DNA from: Candidatus Bathyarchaeota archaeon
GTDB lineage: Archaea > Thermoproteota > Bathyarchaeia > Bathyarchaeales > Bathycorpusculaceae
NCBI GenBank assembly: GCA_963777155.1
Contig: CAVZPM010000011.1
Location: 25,791 to 89,790, forward strand
DNA length: 64,000 nucleotides
Direction of reading: 5' to 3'
The translations under genes and the position numbers were made by a program. The notes under the pieces are model-generated. The model did no database searches. It had not been told where the DNA came from and worked only from the letters and a program-made list of their open reading frames with translations. Below are positions 1-10,370 of this stretch, piece by piece (position 1 is the first letter of the stretch; every line of letters begins with the position of its first letter).

Positions 1-1
1 A

Positions 2-2287
2 GGTAGCCCAGATAAAGTTGCCCAGTTCCTGGTCGGCGACAAAAGACCCGTTGAAATTATCAGAACCCCAGTTGCCAAGCTGGTGAAGCTTCAGGTAATC
101 TACCCTAAGCCAACCGAAGAAGATGCCCATTTTGCCTCCAAAATCTATACCCACCCTGAAGTGGGTGCTAGACTGCGCATAATCCGCGACTACATGACCA
201 AACACAAATCGGTGCTTCTTTTTACAAACACTCGGTCGGTTTCGGAGGTTTTGGCTTCCCGCTTCAAAGTTTGGGATGTAGATTTCCCAATTTCAATTCA
301 TCATGGTTCTCTTGCTAAACCTTCACGCATAGCTGCTGAAACTGGTCTCAAAAAAGGAGCACTCAAAGGGCTAATCGCCACCAGTAGCCTTGAACTCGGC
401 ATCGATGTTGGACACATAGACTTAGTAATTCAGTATATGAGTCCAAGACAGGTTTCACGGTTGATTCAGCGGGTTGGCAGGGCAGGGCACACCTACGGGA
501 AGCTGTCTGAAGGCGTAATTATCGGTATGGATTCCGATGACACTCTTGAAGCGTTGGTTATTGCGCGACGGGCTTTGGGCGAAGAGCTAGAACCTCTTTC
601 TATTCCCGACAAGCCCTACGATGTCTTGGCGCATCAAATCGCTGGGCTACTACTTAAAAATCGCCGCTTTGCCTTCAACGAGATTTTGCAGATCGCCAAA
701 AACGCAGCGCCATTCGAAAACCTAACGATAGCTGACGTGGAAAAAATTCTCAAATATATGCACAATCGTTTCCCCCGTTTAGCCTGGGCATCTTTTGAAG
801 ACCAAGTTGTTTTGCGTCCGCAACGGACCAAAGCGTTGTTTGAATACTACTTTGATAACCTCTCTATGATTCCAGAGGAAAAGCAGTTTCTAGTTATAGA
901 TGAATCAACGGATACGTCTATCGGAGTTTTAGATGAAGCCTTCATGGCAGAGTATGGTAAACCTGGGACCAAATTCATTATCCGAGGCAGCCCATGGCAA
1001 ATCATCCATGTAACCGAAGAAAAAGTCTACGTTCGACCTGTCGATGATCCTACAGGCTCAATTCCCAGCTGGATTGGCGAGGAAATTCCTGTTCCATACG
1101 AGATAGCGCAGGAACTGGCCGAAATAAGAGGTTTCGTGGAGGAGAAGACCCAAAGCGGTGCTTCAGGCGAACAAATCAGCGCAATGCTTGCTGAACGTTA
1201 CCCCGCCGACAAAGAGACGATTCTGCATGCTCTTGAAGAAACCTTGGAGCAAGTGCATAGCGGATATCCTGTTCCCACTCCCAAGCGCATTGTCGTTGAG
1301 GATTGGACTGAATTCGTCATTGTCCACTCGAATTTTGGTTCCCTCATAAATCGAGCGTTCGCCCAGTTTTTGGGGCAAATATTATCCGACAAACTTGGAC
1401 GCGGCATAGTGGTTCAGCATGACCCCTACCGTATCTTTGTACAAACCATGGGAGCCATGACAGCAGAGCGACTCGTCGAAGTACTAAAAGAAATACAGGG
1501 TATGAATGAACAAGCAATCAAGAACACGCTAACGTTGTCAACCGTAAAAACTGGATTGTTTAAGCGCCGCGTCATTCAGGTTGCAAGACGTTTTGGTGCA
1601 TTAAAGAAGTGGGCTGATTTTGGTAGCGTAAGCATCCAAAAGCTGATAACGAGTTTTGAAGGAACCCCAATTTATGAGGAAGGGCTCAAAGAAGTTTTCT
1701 CCAAAGACCTCGACGGAGATGGATTAGTAATGGTGCTTGGACGACTACGCGATAGTTTGGTGCGGTTGCAGGTGGTCGAGACAGGCGGTAACGCGACTCC
1801 TGTTGCTCGGGTAGGCATTGAACGAGTCAGCATGAAGACTGATCTTATTCCACCCGAACAGATGCGCGCTGTGCTGGTTGAATCAGCTAAGGCACGGCTG
1901 CTAAACGAGACAGGCAACTTTGTCTGTACCGCTTGCTGGGATTACATGGAGTCAATACGTATCAAAGACCTTCCCGACAAACCCAAGTGCCCAAGATGTG
2001 GATCTTTTGCGATTGGAATGCTGAAGATTGAAGAGGAGAAGGCTTTACCGCTGATTGAAAAACGTGGTGTAAAGTTGGCGAAGAATGAGGAGAAGATGCA
2101 GATGCACGCTCGGCAATCGGCTGAGTTGATTGAAAAATATGGCAAAGCAGCTGCAGTCGCGTTGAGTGGACGAAGAGTTTCCGCGGCAGATGTTAGAGCT
2201 GTCTTGGAGAAGGAGCCTAAGCTTTCAGACAAGCTCTACGAATTAGTTTTGGAAGCTGAAAGAAAGGTACTGAACAAGCGGTTCTGA
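2..2287 (+). CDS. lhr: Lhr-family SF2 ATP-dependent helicase (5'-truncated by window edge)
   Basis: Frame is open from base 2. Motifs FTNTR, HHGSL, ATSSLELGIDVG, QRVGRAGH, IPSWIGE and a C-terminal CxxC...CPRC zinc finger typical of archaeal Lhr. Confidence 0.93.
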   Translation, partial: GSPDKVAQFLVGDKRPVEIIRTPVAKLVKLQVIYPKPTEEDAHFASKIYTHPEVGARLRIIRDYMTKHKSVLLFTNTRSVSEVLASRFKVWDVDFPISIHHGSLAKPSRIAAETGLKKGALKGLIATSSLELGIDVGHIDLVIQYMSPRQVSRLIQRVGRAGHTYGKLSEGVIIGMDSDDTLEALVIARRALGEELEPLSIPDKPYDVLAHQIAGLLLKNRRFAFNEILQIAKNAAPFENLTIADVEKILKYMHNRFPRLAWASFEDQVVLRPQRTKALFEYYFDNLSMIPEEKQFLVIDESTDTSIGVLDEAFMAEYGKPGTKFIIRGSPWQIIHVTEEKVYVRPVDDPTGSIPSWIGEEIPVPYEIAQELAEIRGFVEEKTQSGASGEQISAMLAERYPADKETILHALEETLEQVHSGYPVPTPKRIVVEDWTEFVIVHSNFGSLINRAFAQFLGQILSDKLGRGIVVQHDPYRIFVQTMGAMTAERLVEVLKEIQGMNEQAIKNTLTLSTVKTGLFKRRVIQVARRFGALKKWADFGSVSIQKLITSFEGTPIYEEGLKEVFSKDLDGDGLVMVLGRLRDSLVRLQVVETGGNATPVARVGIERVSMKTDLIPPEQMRAVLVESAKARLLNETGNFVCTACWDYMESIRIKDLPDKPKCPRCGSFAIGMLKIEEEKALPLIEKRGVKLAKNEEKMQMHARQSAELIEKYGKAAAVALSGRRVSAADVRAVLEKEPKLSDKLYELVLEAERKVLNKRF

Positions 2288-2340
2288 GAACACTATTACT
2301 TTTTTATTACACTCAATTTTTGGCAAATTGAGTTTTCTAG

Positions 2341-3270
2341 TTATGAGTTCATATTAGCTTGTATTTGCCTTTGAGATTTTGTTTCACTTAAAAAACGTAC
2401 CTTCAGTCTCTTTTCAAATATCGTAGCTACCTCAAGTACGGATAGTGCTGCGACGGCGATTATAGGAACTAAATCGTATGAATATATCTGTGAGACGATG
2501 TCGCTATTAACTTCGATTCGCAAAAAGTCTAGTCCTATGTTGTAGTAAAAGAAAAAGGGCAAGTTTAACGCCGCAAGAAATGCAACTATACCCACACCGA
2601 ACTTTAGCAGTTTTTGCCTGTTGTACCATAGAAGCAGAGGAAGCGCAAGAAGAGCAACACGTGGATCAAATGCGCCTATTGCAAATAGCAACGCGGAAAG
2701 CCATGGTTTTTTAGAGAACCCAAAATACAAAGCGCCTACGATAAGAGAAGTCTGAATTATATGGGCGTTTGCTTGAGCATAGCCCCAATAGTAACCTGGT
2801 TGGAAAGCAACTAAGATGACGAAGGCTACTACAGCGGCTCCTACAAGCTTTTTGTCTTTAACAATTTTGTAGACAAAAAATGCTAGGGCAAAGATAGAAA
2901 TAAATTGTAGTATGTCAAAAACGTTAAGCGCATTTTGGTAACTTAAACTCAAAAAAGGTGCAAAAAAAACCAGGAAGGAAGGCGTGTACTTGAAGGTTTG
3001 GACGTTTGGGGGAATGTAGTAATCGCCTGGTTGATTGCCGCCTATGTAGATTGTGGTCGGATTGTTGAATAATCTCCACTCTCCGATGTAGTAAGCAGAA
3101 AAATCTCGTGCATAAATTGATGACATCGGCTTAAATGTTTCTGGATAGGCAAGACTAAAAGTGTAAGCGTTTAGCGCCAATGCTATGGTTATGACTGAAA
3201 TGAGGATTAACTTGTTGGTTTTCGACTGCAATTTCCGTTTTACCCAACATTTGGGTGGAAGAGATTTCAT
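2341..3270 (-). CDS. Polytopic membrane glycosyltransferase, GT87/DUF2029-like
   Basis: RDFSAYY near the N-terminus, FKYTPSFL motif and multiple TM helices. Confidence 0.7.
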   Translation of the reverse strand: MKSLPPKCWVKRKLQSKTNKLILISVITIALALNAYTFSLAYPETFKPMSSIYARDFSAYYIGEWRLFNNPTTIYIGGNQPGDYYIPPNVQTFKYTPSFLVFFAPFLSLSYQNALNVFDILQFISIFALAFFVYKIVKDKKLVGAAVVAFVILVAFQPGYYWGYAQANAHIIQTSLIVGALYFGFSKKPWLSALLFAIGAFDPRVALLALPLLLWYNRQKLLKFGVGIVAFLAALNLPFFFYYNIGLDFLRIEVNSDIVSQIYSYDLVPIIAVAALSVLEVATIFEKRLKVRFLSETKSQRQIQANMNS

Positions 3271-3386
3271 TATTTTACCAAAAGTATTGTAACAAGTTAT
3301 TAGCTTTTCGTGAACTCAATAATAAGATATTTCCTTATAATTTTGGAAGTGTTGAGCATCCAAAATCATTTCGTCTTCTCATCCCA

Positions 3387-4835
3387 TCACCTTGGGATAA
3401 CTGCTAGAAATGGTTCGGGGCTCATTTCTACGGTTGCGTACACTGCTAGGGCTATGCTCCAGAAGACGTCGTCATGTGTTCCGTTTGGATGTGAGTAGCC
3501 TATGGCGCCATCCTTCCGCAGGTCATAGCGTTCGACGTTTAGCTCTGTACAGATGTCGCCTCGGTAGGGTCGTTCCCAGTTTAGCAGTGGATAGTAGAAT
3601 TTGCCGTTGGTCATGCGCTGCTTTAGTAGGCTTGCCATCTCGCTTTTTCGTGGCACGCTAAAGTTTACGCCTTCAGCGTTGTCGATTCCAGCGGTTGTCA
3701 TGTCGGCAATTATGCTTGGTCCTTCACGAGTGAAATCTACACGAATTTTTTGGAATCCGCCCCAACGATCTTGAAGCGCCTTGAGATAACCAAGGACTTG
3801 AGCGTACATCGTTGGCTGCTTGAAAATCTCGATGTGCCTCAAAAAAAGGCTGTCGTTCAGCCGCTCAATAACTGAAAGCACGCAGTAATCCCTTGTTTGA
3901 GCCAGGTCTAATCCCGCAAAGAAATCGCCTTCATAGGTGTCTTCAGGATTGTACTCTTGAAGGTCGACGCCGCAATTCTTCTTGGTGCCAATACAGCTAA
4001 CAATTAGGCTTTGAGATAGCCAAACGTCTTCATCCTCAGCCCACTCAGCCTCCATCTCCCGACACCAACGTTGTGGATCATTCCCGAACTGACGCTTAAT
4101 CTTCTCAACCATCGCAGGATTCAAAGGACCATCAGGTGCCATGGCATCGCTCCATCGCACATGAGACCGCGCAAAATCATCAAAATCTTTATGGTTAAAC
4201 ATTCTCCAAAACAAACTATCGGTATTAAAAGGCGTGGAAGTAGCAATCAGTTTGCCGTTGGTCGTTCCAAGCGTAAATAGAACCGAATCATACAAATCCT
4301 CGTCATTTGGAATAAAATTTGCTTCTTCGATCCAGATTACTTTGAAGGTTGGTCCCCTTATTGTATCGGGGTTGTTTGGAAAAGCCTCAATCACGCTACC
4401 ATTGGGTAGAGTTATCCTGGTTTTTTGTATTTGCAATCCTGGTTGCTGAGGAAGCTTTCTAGCGAAACCTCCCATTCGCCTGATGTTTAGTTTTGTTTGG
4501 CGAAAACTGGGTCCAACAATCGCAATATAGCTGTCAGAATGATCCCACGCATATTTCAGAAGCAAAGCTGAAACACAAAAACTCTTGCCCGTTTGACGAG
4601 ACCAGCGGACTGCAGTAAACTGATTCTTATCAAATAAATCTGCCAATTCGAGTTGATACTTAAAGGGAGTAAAACCGAAAATCTCTTCAAAGAACCGTTT
4701 AGCATCTCCCCTTAGGGCGTAAGCTTCAGCGCCCTTTTCTATTTCAATTGCGCATTCATTCTCGAAGAGCCGTGCCCGCTCGGAAAAGAGCCTATTAGGA
4801 CTTAGGGTTCTGCGATTTTTTGATGACTTCAGCAT
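3387..4835 (-). CDS. Terminase large subunit (ATPase + RNase H-like nuclease)
   Basis: Walker A WSRQTGKS, Walker B IWIEEANF, STP coupling motif, nuclease GLDLAQTRD and HDDVFWSIALA. Confidence 0.85.
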   Translation of the reverse strand: MLKSSKNRRTLSPNRLFSERARLFENECAIEIEKGAEAYALRGDAKRFFEEIFGFTPFKYQLELADLFDKNQFTAVRWSRQTGKSFCVSALLLKYAWDHSDSYIAIVGPSFRQTKLNIRRMGGFARKLPQQPGLQIQKTRITLPNGSVIEAFPNNPDTIRGPTFKVIWIEEANFIPNDEDLYDSVLFTLGTTNGKLIATSTPFNTDSLFWRMFNHKDFDDFARSHVRWSDAMAPDGPLNPAMVEKIKRQFGNDPQRWCREMEAEWAEDEDVWLSQSLIVSCIGTKKNCGVDLQEYNPEDTYEGDFFAGLDLAQTRDYCVLSVIERLNDSLFLRHIEIFKQPTMYAQVLGYLKALQDRWGGFQKIRVDFTREGPSIIADMTTAGIDNAEGVNFSVPRKSEMASLLKQRMTNGKFYYPLLNWERPYRGDICTELNVERYDLRKDGAIGYSHPNGTHDDVFWSIALAVYATVEMSPEPFLAVIPR

Positions 4836-5247
4836 ATTTTCTGTTCGACTCCAAAAGTTGAGCTTCTAAACCGCGATAATCAACGTAGTCTGAGAAAAGC
4901 TCCTTGTAGATTTTAACGCCAGAAATGATACTTCTTAACCGTAAAACTTCGTTTTGCTCTAAACCAGGAGTCTCTAATGCAGTTAAAGCCGCACTTAACG
5001 TCTTTAAAGCTGTTTCTACGCTTGGAAGCTCTGCAGGTAAGGACAGCTTTAAGTTAAAAGAAGAAGAAGCACCCTGCACGCGACCTTCTTCTTCTTTTAA
5101 ACCTAAATCAAGCATCTTCTGGTAAATAGCATTCTTAGAATACTTACCCTCAAAACTGAAAACTAGAGAGTCGAGACTAACGCCCATCTCTACCCAATCC
5201 TTAAGCTTCTTTTCATCTTCAATGTCCCATGGTTTGCCTTTAGTCAT
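4795..5247 (-). CDS. Putative small terminase / Myb-HTH-like DNA-binding protein
   Basis: KGKPWDIEDEKKL Myb-like N-terminus and helical C-terminus; overlaps the terminase start. Confidence 0.5.
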   Translation of the reverse strand: MTKGKPWDIEDEKKLKDWVEMGVSLDSLVFSFEGKYSKNAIYQKMLDLGLKEEEGRVQGASSSFNLKLSLPAELPSVETALKTLSAALTALETPGLEQNEVLRLRSIISGVKIYKELFSDYVDYRGLEAQLLESNRKYAEVIKKSQNPKS

Positions 5248-5340
5248 GTTTTTTGCCCCACAAACAACCCAACGACCCTCCGCTCAGTCTAGTAATTGAA
5301 GCGAAAATCTCGGCATTCCACATATGCAATAAAATAGTCA
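5244..5340 (-). pseudogene. Remnant of a small membrane-protein gene upstream of the terminase module
   Basis: Reads ..LHMWNAEIFASITRLSG then, after a one-base shift, VVGLFVGQKT*. Its TGA overlaps the ATG of the next gene (ATGA coupling). Confidence 0.4.
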
Positions 5341-5743
5341 TGGGTACTCTTCGAATCTTTGAAGGATTATCAGATATCATCTTAAGAATACTATAGGGCA
5401 AAACAATCGAAAGACGCTCTAATGCACGCTTGTAGCTTTTGAATTTAGTTTTTGCACCATCTTGGTTATACGTTTCATTCGTTGGCATGAAAATCAATGG
5501 CTGAGTGGGGTAGAAAACTGATATAGCTTATTAGCCCATTTGGGTCAATAACGCTTAAATGGCAATTCAGGCAAAATTTTTACAGCTGTTTTTTGTTGTA
5601 ACTATTTTGAACATTTCTACTGCGTGACCAAAAAGAGGTTGAATAGGTGAACTCGAGCAAATTCTTGGATTTAACAGCAACTTTTTAAGTTTAAAGCCGC
5701 TTATTTTTGCTATCTGCTTGTTATACTTATAGGAGAACAAAAA

Positions 5744-6070
5744 GTGGAAATAAGCCGAAAAAACCTGCGCAACGAAGTTTTGGAACGCGTCAAATACGTC
5801 AAAACATGTGTGATGGCACGAGAACTTTGTTTGCTGGTCCGCACAAACAGAGCAGTTTTAGAACCAAAAGACGTTCAAGAAATCTGCCAGCATATCTCAG
5901 GTCTATGCAAAGAAGAAGGATGCAGTGAACCTAGCGAACTATGCACAAAAGCCGCTCACGCTCTCAGCAAAGCGGAAGAAGAGAAATACCTAGAGTTGTG
6001 TTCGCAGAGTTGCGCTAAATGTGGCGAAGCAAAACGACCGCACCCCAAAAAAGACGCTTACGTGGCATAG
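5744..6070 (+). CDS. Cys-rich small hypothetical protein
   Basis: 108 aa with several CxxxC/CxxC groups; runs into the methyltransferase gene. Confidence 0.65.
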   Translation: MEISRKNLRNEVLERVKYVKTCVMARELCLLVRTNRAVLEPKDVQEICQHISGLCKEEGCSEPSELCTKAAHALSKAEEEKYLELCSQSCAKCGEAKRPHPKKDAYVA

Positions 6071-6103
6071 CAACATGTACGTCTATCTTTTAGAGAAATA
6101 AAG

Positions 6104-6580
6104 ATGTTTATCGCTCCTTTTGTTCCAAGCCCAACACCTGTCGTAGAATACATGCTTAAACTGGCAGATCTAAAAGCAGGCGAAGTCCTCTTTGACATGG
6201 GTTCAGGCGACGGCAGAACCGTGATTATGGCTGCAAAGACTTTTGGCGCTCGAGGCGTAGGCATCGAGATGCGTGAAGATTTAGCCAAAAAAGCAATGTG
6301 TTCAATTCATGAGCAACATCTCGATGACCGCATAACAATCATGAACGATGACATGTTCAACGTAAACCTGTCCGCAGCAGACGTGGTCTACTTGTATCTG
6401 ACAACGAGTGCAAATGAGAAAGTTAAACCCAAACTCGAAAGCGACCTCAAGAAAGGTGCACGCGTGGTTTCCCATGACTATGAGATTATTGGTTGGCGTC
6501 CAACTAAAGTTGAGAACTTCTGCGAAAACCCCCAGCTCGGCTACCCCTCCCACACGATTTACCTCTACAGAAAACCCTAA
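6104..6580 (+). CDS. SAM-dependent methyltransferase (archaeal protein-lysine methyltransferase / DOT1-like)
   Basis: APFVPSP, FDMGSGDGR, VVYLYL and RVVSHDY motifs. Confidence 0.85.
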   Translation: MFIAPFVPSPTPVVEYMLKLADLKAGEVLFDMGSGDGRTVIMAAKTFGARGVGIEMREDLAKKAMCSIHEQHLDDRITIMNDDMFNVNLSAADVVYLYLTTSANEKVKPKLESDLKKGARVVSHDYEIIGWRPTKVENFCENPQLGYPSHTIYLYRKP

Positions 6581-6729
6581 TCCTTCAACGTGTTTTTGAC
6601 CTGGAAAAGCTCTAATAAAACCAGCCCCCTGAGACTGTTTTTAAGTTTTTCTTTGCCTCATCAACGAAAACTGTTTCTTTAGTGGGAATAAATTTAATTC
6701 GCTCTTTATCTTTTTTGAGGTGATTTAAG

Positions 6730-7245
6730 ATGCAGTTTGTTCCATGGCAGAACGTTGCGGATTGGCGTTGCAAAGCTTGCGGTTACTGTTGCAAACTCTA
6801 TAGCGTCGTGCTGGGTTTTCCTGAGTGGTTAAACATCTCTAAAACATTCGGCACAGAAACCACAGTTTCAGGCTTAAACCGCTTCTACATCAAACGCACA
6901 AGCGACGGCTCCTGCGGATTTCTCTGCAACAAAACAAATTCCTACTACTGCGGGTTGCAAGGCATGAAACCGGAAGCCTGTAAAATCTGGCCTTTCAAAG
7001 TTCTCGCTGAACCAAAGTACGGCGAACCCAACCAAGCAGCATACGATTACCATGGAGTGCGACTATATGTTTACGCAGACACCATGTGCAGTGGCTTGCG
7101 ATATGGCGCGCCAACTTGGGATTTTCGCTACACTACAATAAAAGAATTCACAGAACTCGCACTGGGCTTGAGGCAAATACAGTACAAGACCACTCGGGCA
7201 ATCGGCGTTGGTCAGAACCAGTGGGGTAGACAGCTGTTCCAATAG
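6730..7245 (+). CDS. YkgJ-family cysteine-cluster (CxxCxxCC) protein
   Basis: CKACGYCC, CGFL, CGLQGMKPEACKIWPF. Confidence 0.85.
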   Translation: MQFVPWQNVADWRCKACGYCCKLYSVVLGFPEWLNISKTFGTETTVSGLNRFYIKRTSDGSCGFLCNKTNSYYCGLQGMKPEACKIWPFKVLAEPKYGEPNQAAYDYHGVRLYVYADTMCSGLRYGAPTWDFRYTTIKEFTELALGLRQIQYKTTRAIGVGQNQWGRQLFQ

Positions 7246-7309
7246 CTTACAGTTTGGGGAAGGCTTAAAACCTAACCGTGCATCTCTAAAATGGCAAAGA
7301 GGAATTACT

Positions 7310-8191
7310 TTGAAGGTTATCTCTGGTCCAGCATCTAAAGAGCTCGCTGAAGCAGTTTCGGCGCAAACTGGTTACCCAAACGTTCCTGTTGTCGCCAAGA
7401 TTTTCCCAGATGGAGAGTCATATGTCCGCTTAGATGGGAATGTGCAGGGTGAAGAGGTCGCTATTATACAGACTACTTGTCCTCCGGCGCAGGATGGGCG
7501 GCTTTTCCAGTTGGCATTCATGGCTGACTCAGCTAAGCGTGCAGGCGCAAAAAAAGTCACCGCCGTCGTACCTTATTTGGCGTATGCTAGGCAGGACAAA
7601 ATGTTCCTATCAGGCGAGGGCATAAGCGTTGAAACCATCGGGCGCATGCTCAAAGCCGCTGGAATAGACGAGTTTCTAACGGTAAACATCCACTCAGAGA
7701 CAACACTTGGGCAGTTTCCGTTTCCAGCCAAGACACTAAGCGCCATCCCCCTTATTGCAAACTACTTCGTTAAAAAAGGCTACAAAGGTGCATACGCCCT
7801 ATCACCCGACAAAGGTGCCATGTACATCGCACAGCAAGCCCAAACCGTTTTAGGCGGCGACGCTGGGCACCTTAGCAAAAACCGCGACCGCTACACAGGC
7901 CAAACCGTTCAAACCGCTGAAGGCTTAAACGTCAAAGACCAAACCGTCGTAATCCTCGACGACATCATTAGCACAGGCGGCACCATTGTTGGAGCAGCAA
8001 AAATCCTTCGTGAAAACGGCGCCAAACATGTCTTCTGCGGATGCGTCCACGGATTGCTCATCGGAGACGCTGAGAAGCGGATACTTGATGCGGGTGTAGA
8101 AGAGATTGTTGGAACAGATAGTGTCCCTGGAAACATTAGTAAAGTTTCTCTTGCGCCTCTTATTAGTCAAGCTTTGAAAGGCGCTGTTTAG
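7310..8191 (+). CDS. prs: Ribose-phosphate pyrophosphokinase
   Basis: FPDGESYVR, PYLAYARQDK, SPDKGA, ILDDIISTGGT. TTG start at 7310 inferred. Confidence 0.95.
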   Translation: MKVISGPASKELAEAVSAQTGYPNVPVVAKIFPDGESYVRLDGNVQGEEVAIIQTTCPPAQDGRLFQLAFMADSAKRAGAKKVTAVVPYLAYARQDKMFLSGEGISVETIGRMLKAAGIDEFLTVNIHSETTLGQFPFPAKTLSAIPLIANYFVKKGYKGAYALSPDKGAMYIAQQAQTVLGGDAGHLSKNRDRYTGQTVQTAEGLNVKDQTVVILDDIISTGGTIVGAAKILRENGAKHVFCGCVHGLLIGDAEKRILDAGVEEIVGTDSVPGNISKVSLAPLISQALKGAV

Positions 8192-9264
8192 TGCCTAAAC
8201 TCTTCTTTTTACTCTCAGGCGAGAACGAGTCGCTGCCAGCCGCAGAAATTAAGGCAATTTTAGAAACAGAAGGCTACACCTACGAGAATGTAGAAGAGTT
8301 TGATCAGGTTCTGCGGTTAGAAGCCGAACTCGAATGTGTTAGAGTTGTTCCAGTCCGTTCCGCTTTCACGCGAGTCTGTGCACAGGAGCTCTTCGTATCC
8401 AACGCAAACATGAGCGACATCGCCAAAATCGCCGCCGGGACAGACTTCAAAAGTATACTGAAACCTGGCGAAAGCTTTGTAGTCCGCATAAACCGAATCA
8501 AAAACTATGCCGACCAAGCCATAAACACCATGACTCTTGAGGTTGAACTGGGCAAACAAATCCTCAGAGCTACAGAGGGCACAAGAGTAAACCTGAAAAA
8601 CCCTGATAAAACTTTTATTGGCATAATAACTAATGAAAAACTTGTTTTAGGATTAAAACTAACCGATATAACCTCCAAAACCTTCTCGGAGCGGCGTCCA
8701 CGCAAAAAACCCTTCTTCCACCCCTCAGCCATGCCATCTAAAATGGCACGATGCATGGTTAATTTGGCACATGCCAAGGCTGAGTCGATTCTGCTGGACC
8801 CTTTTTGCGGCACAGGGACGTCCCTTATCGAAGCCACCTACATCGGCTGCCGAGCAGTCGGCATAGATGCGCAAAAACGAATGATTTTAGGCACCAAAAA
8901 AAACCTACAATTCTTCAACATCGCCGCAGAAGGTCTGGTACATGCAGATTCTCGCAAAATCCCGTTATTAAAAGTTGACGTCATCGTAACTGATCCACCA
9001 TATGGGCGTTCCTCGAGTACACTCAAATCCACTACCAAACAGCTAGTCCAACAAGTCTTAACTACTTCATATGAGCTTCTGGGTTTGGGACAACGGATTT
9101 GTATAGCTTTGCCTATAATGGTGAACGGAGAAGGTAAAATTTTGCAAATGTCTACTGAAGTAAGCGAACTCGTTGAAAATCTTGGCTTTCGCACAATTGA
9201 ATCTCACAAGGTTTTTGTTCACCGATCTTTAACTAGGGAAATCATGGTTTACGAAAAGGAATAG
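8191..9264 (+). CDS. trm11: tRNA (guanine-10-N2)-methyltransferase, THUMP + MTase (Trm11/TrmG10)
   Basis: RPRKKPFFHPSAM, LDPFCGTG, VTDPPYGRS and C-terminal VHRSLTREI; THUMP-like region before the MTase domain. Confidence 0.9.
   Translation: MPKLFFLLSGENESLPAAEIKAILETEGYTYENVEEFDQVLRLEAELECVRVVPVRSAFTRVCAQELFVSNANMSDIAKIAAGTDFKSILKPGESFVVRINRIKNYADQAINTMTLEVELGKQILRATEGTRVNLKNPDKTFIGIITNEKLVLGLKLTDITSKTFSERRPRKKPFFHPSAMPSKMARCMVNLAHAKAESILLDPFCGTGTSLIEATYIGCRAVGIDAQKRMILGTKKNLQFFNIAAEGLVHADSRKIPLLKVDVIVTDPPYGRSSSTLKSTTKQLVQQVLTTSYELLGLGQRICIALPIMVNGEGKILQMSTEVSELVENLGFRTIESHKVFVHRSLTREIMVYEKE
9088..9264 (+). repeat. trm11 3'-end copy 1 (currently fused in frame to trm11)
   Basis: GQRICIALPIMVNGEGKILQMSTEVSELVENLGFRTIESHKVFVHRSLTREIMVYEKE*, 177 bp. 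Confidence 0.9.
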
Positions 9265-9281
9265 CCATTTCTCCTCTATTT

Positions 9282-10370
9282 CTATTCGATCACTGGTTCA
9301 ACCAATACCAGCTTGCCTTTTTCAGTTTGCAGTGTTTGGAGAATTTTTTCGGGGATTTGGATAATTCCTTTGGCGTTAGATTTTGTGTCGTTTATTGCTC
9401 TAAACTTGCAAATGGTCTTTTTGCCATCCGAGGCTTCGATGTTTACCCTTGTGATTTGTTTGCCCTTATAGAGATCGTTCCATCTTGTTATTACTTCACC
9501 GTCGATCCGCACGGTATCAGTTGGTACAAGTAAACCCATGATTTTTTGAACCAAGAACTGATTTTTGGGCGGCTGTGAATGATTAGGTTCAGAACTTAAA
9601 GATACAGGTAGGTCAGTTTTGGATTCAGGATCAGCTATTTTCCCAGTAGGCACAACTTTTTCCTTGGTCCCTTTACGTTGAGGCGTCGGTTTGTTCATTT
9701 GCTCTCGTATTATCATGCCATCTCGCATCTCAAACACTTTACTAGTCATACTAGCAATTGATGGGTCATGAGTAACTATAATGACTGTTGCGCCCTCATG
9801 GTTGGATAGATCTCGGAGTGCGTTTACAACTTCTTTGCCTGTTTTAGAATCTAAGTCGCCTGTAGGCTCATCTGCCAAGACAATGGAGGGCTTGTTTGCG
9901 AGTGCTCTGACAATTGCTACACGTTGTTGCTCTCCACCGCTCAGTTCATCAGGCCTATGATGAATACGATCTGCTAACCCAACCATTTTCAGTAACTCTT
10001 TTGCTCTATTTTCCCGTTCTTTTGATGTTACACCCGCAATTAACATGGGTAATTCGACGTTTTCAATGGCTGATAAGACAGGAATTAAATTATAAAATTG
10101 AAATATGAATCCGATAGTTCTTCGCCGGAGCTCCGTTAAGTCTCTTTCTTTCAGCAGGGTTAGGTCTATTCCGTCAACATAGATTTTGCCTTGGGTGGGT
10201 TTATCCAAAACACCGATTAAATTGAGAAGGGTTGTTTTGCCTGAACCAGAAGGACCCGTAAAAGCGACAAACTCGCCCTTCTGGAGCTCCAAGTTGACTC
10301 CTCTTAAAGCTTGAACTTGGTTTTCTCCAAGTTTGTATGTTTTTTGGACTTCAACGACTTTGACAGACAT
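9282..10370 (-). CDS. ABC transporter ATPase (LolD/MacB type) with an extra C-terminal domain
   Basis: GPSGSGKT, LSGGEQQRVAI, LADEPTGDLD, VTHD, followed by ~140 aa of linker plus a beta-rich domain. Confidence 0.9.
   Translation of the reverse strand: MSVKVVEVQKTYKLGENQVQALRGVNLELQKGEFVAFTGPSGSGKTTLLNLIGVLDKPTQGKIYVDGIDLTLLKERDLTELRRRTIGFIFQFYNLIPVLSAIENVELPMLIAGVTSKERENRAKELLKMVGLADRIHHRPDELSGGEQQRVAIVRALANKPSIVLADEPTGDLDSKTGKEVVNALRDLSNHEGATVIIVTHDPSIASMTSKVFEMRDGMIIREQMNKPTPQRKGTKEKVVPTGKIADPESKTDLPVSLSSEPNHSQPPKNQFLVQKIMGLLVPTDTVRIDGEVITRWNDLYKGKQITRVNIEASDGKKTICKFRAINDTKSNAKGIIQIPEKILQTLQTEKGKLVLVEPVIE

Noticed and set aside
2341-5700. Complete provirus around the terminase
   Set aside because: No portal, capsid, integrase or att repeats are visible.
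7208-7309. N-terminal extension of Prs given in the ORF track
   Set aside because: It overlaps the upstream gene; family similarity starts at TTG 7310.
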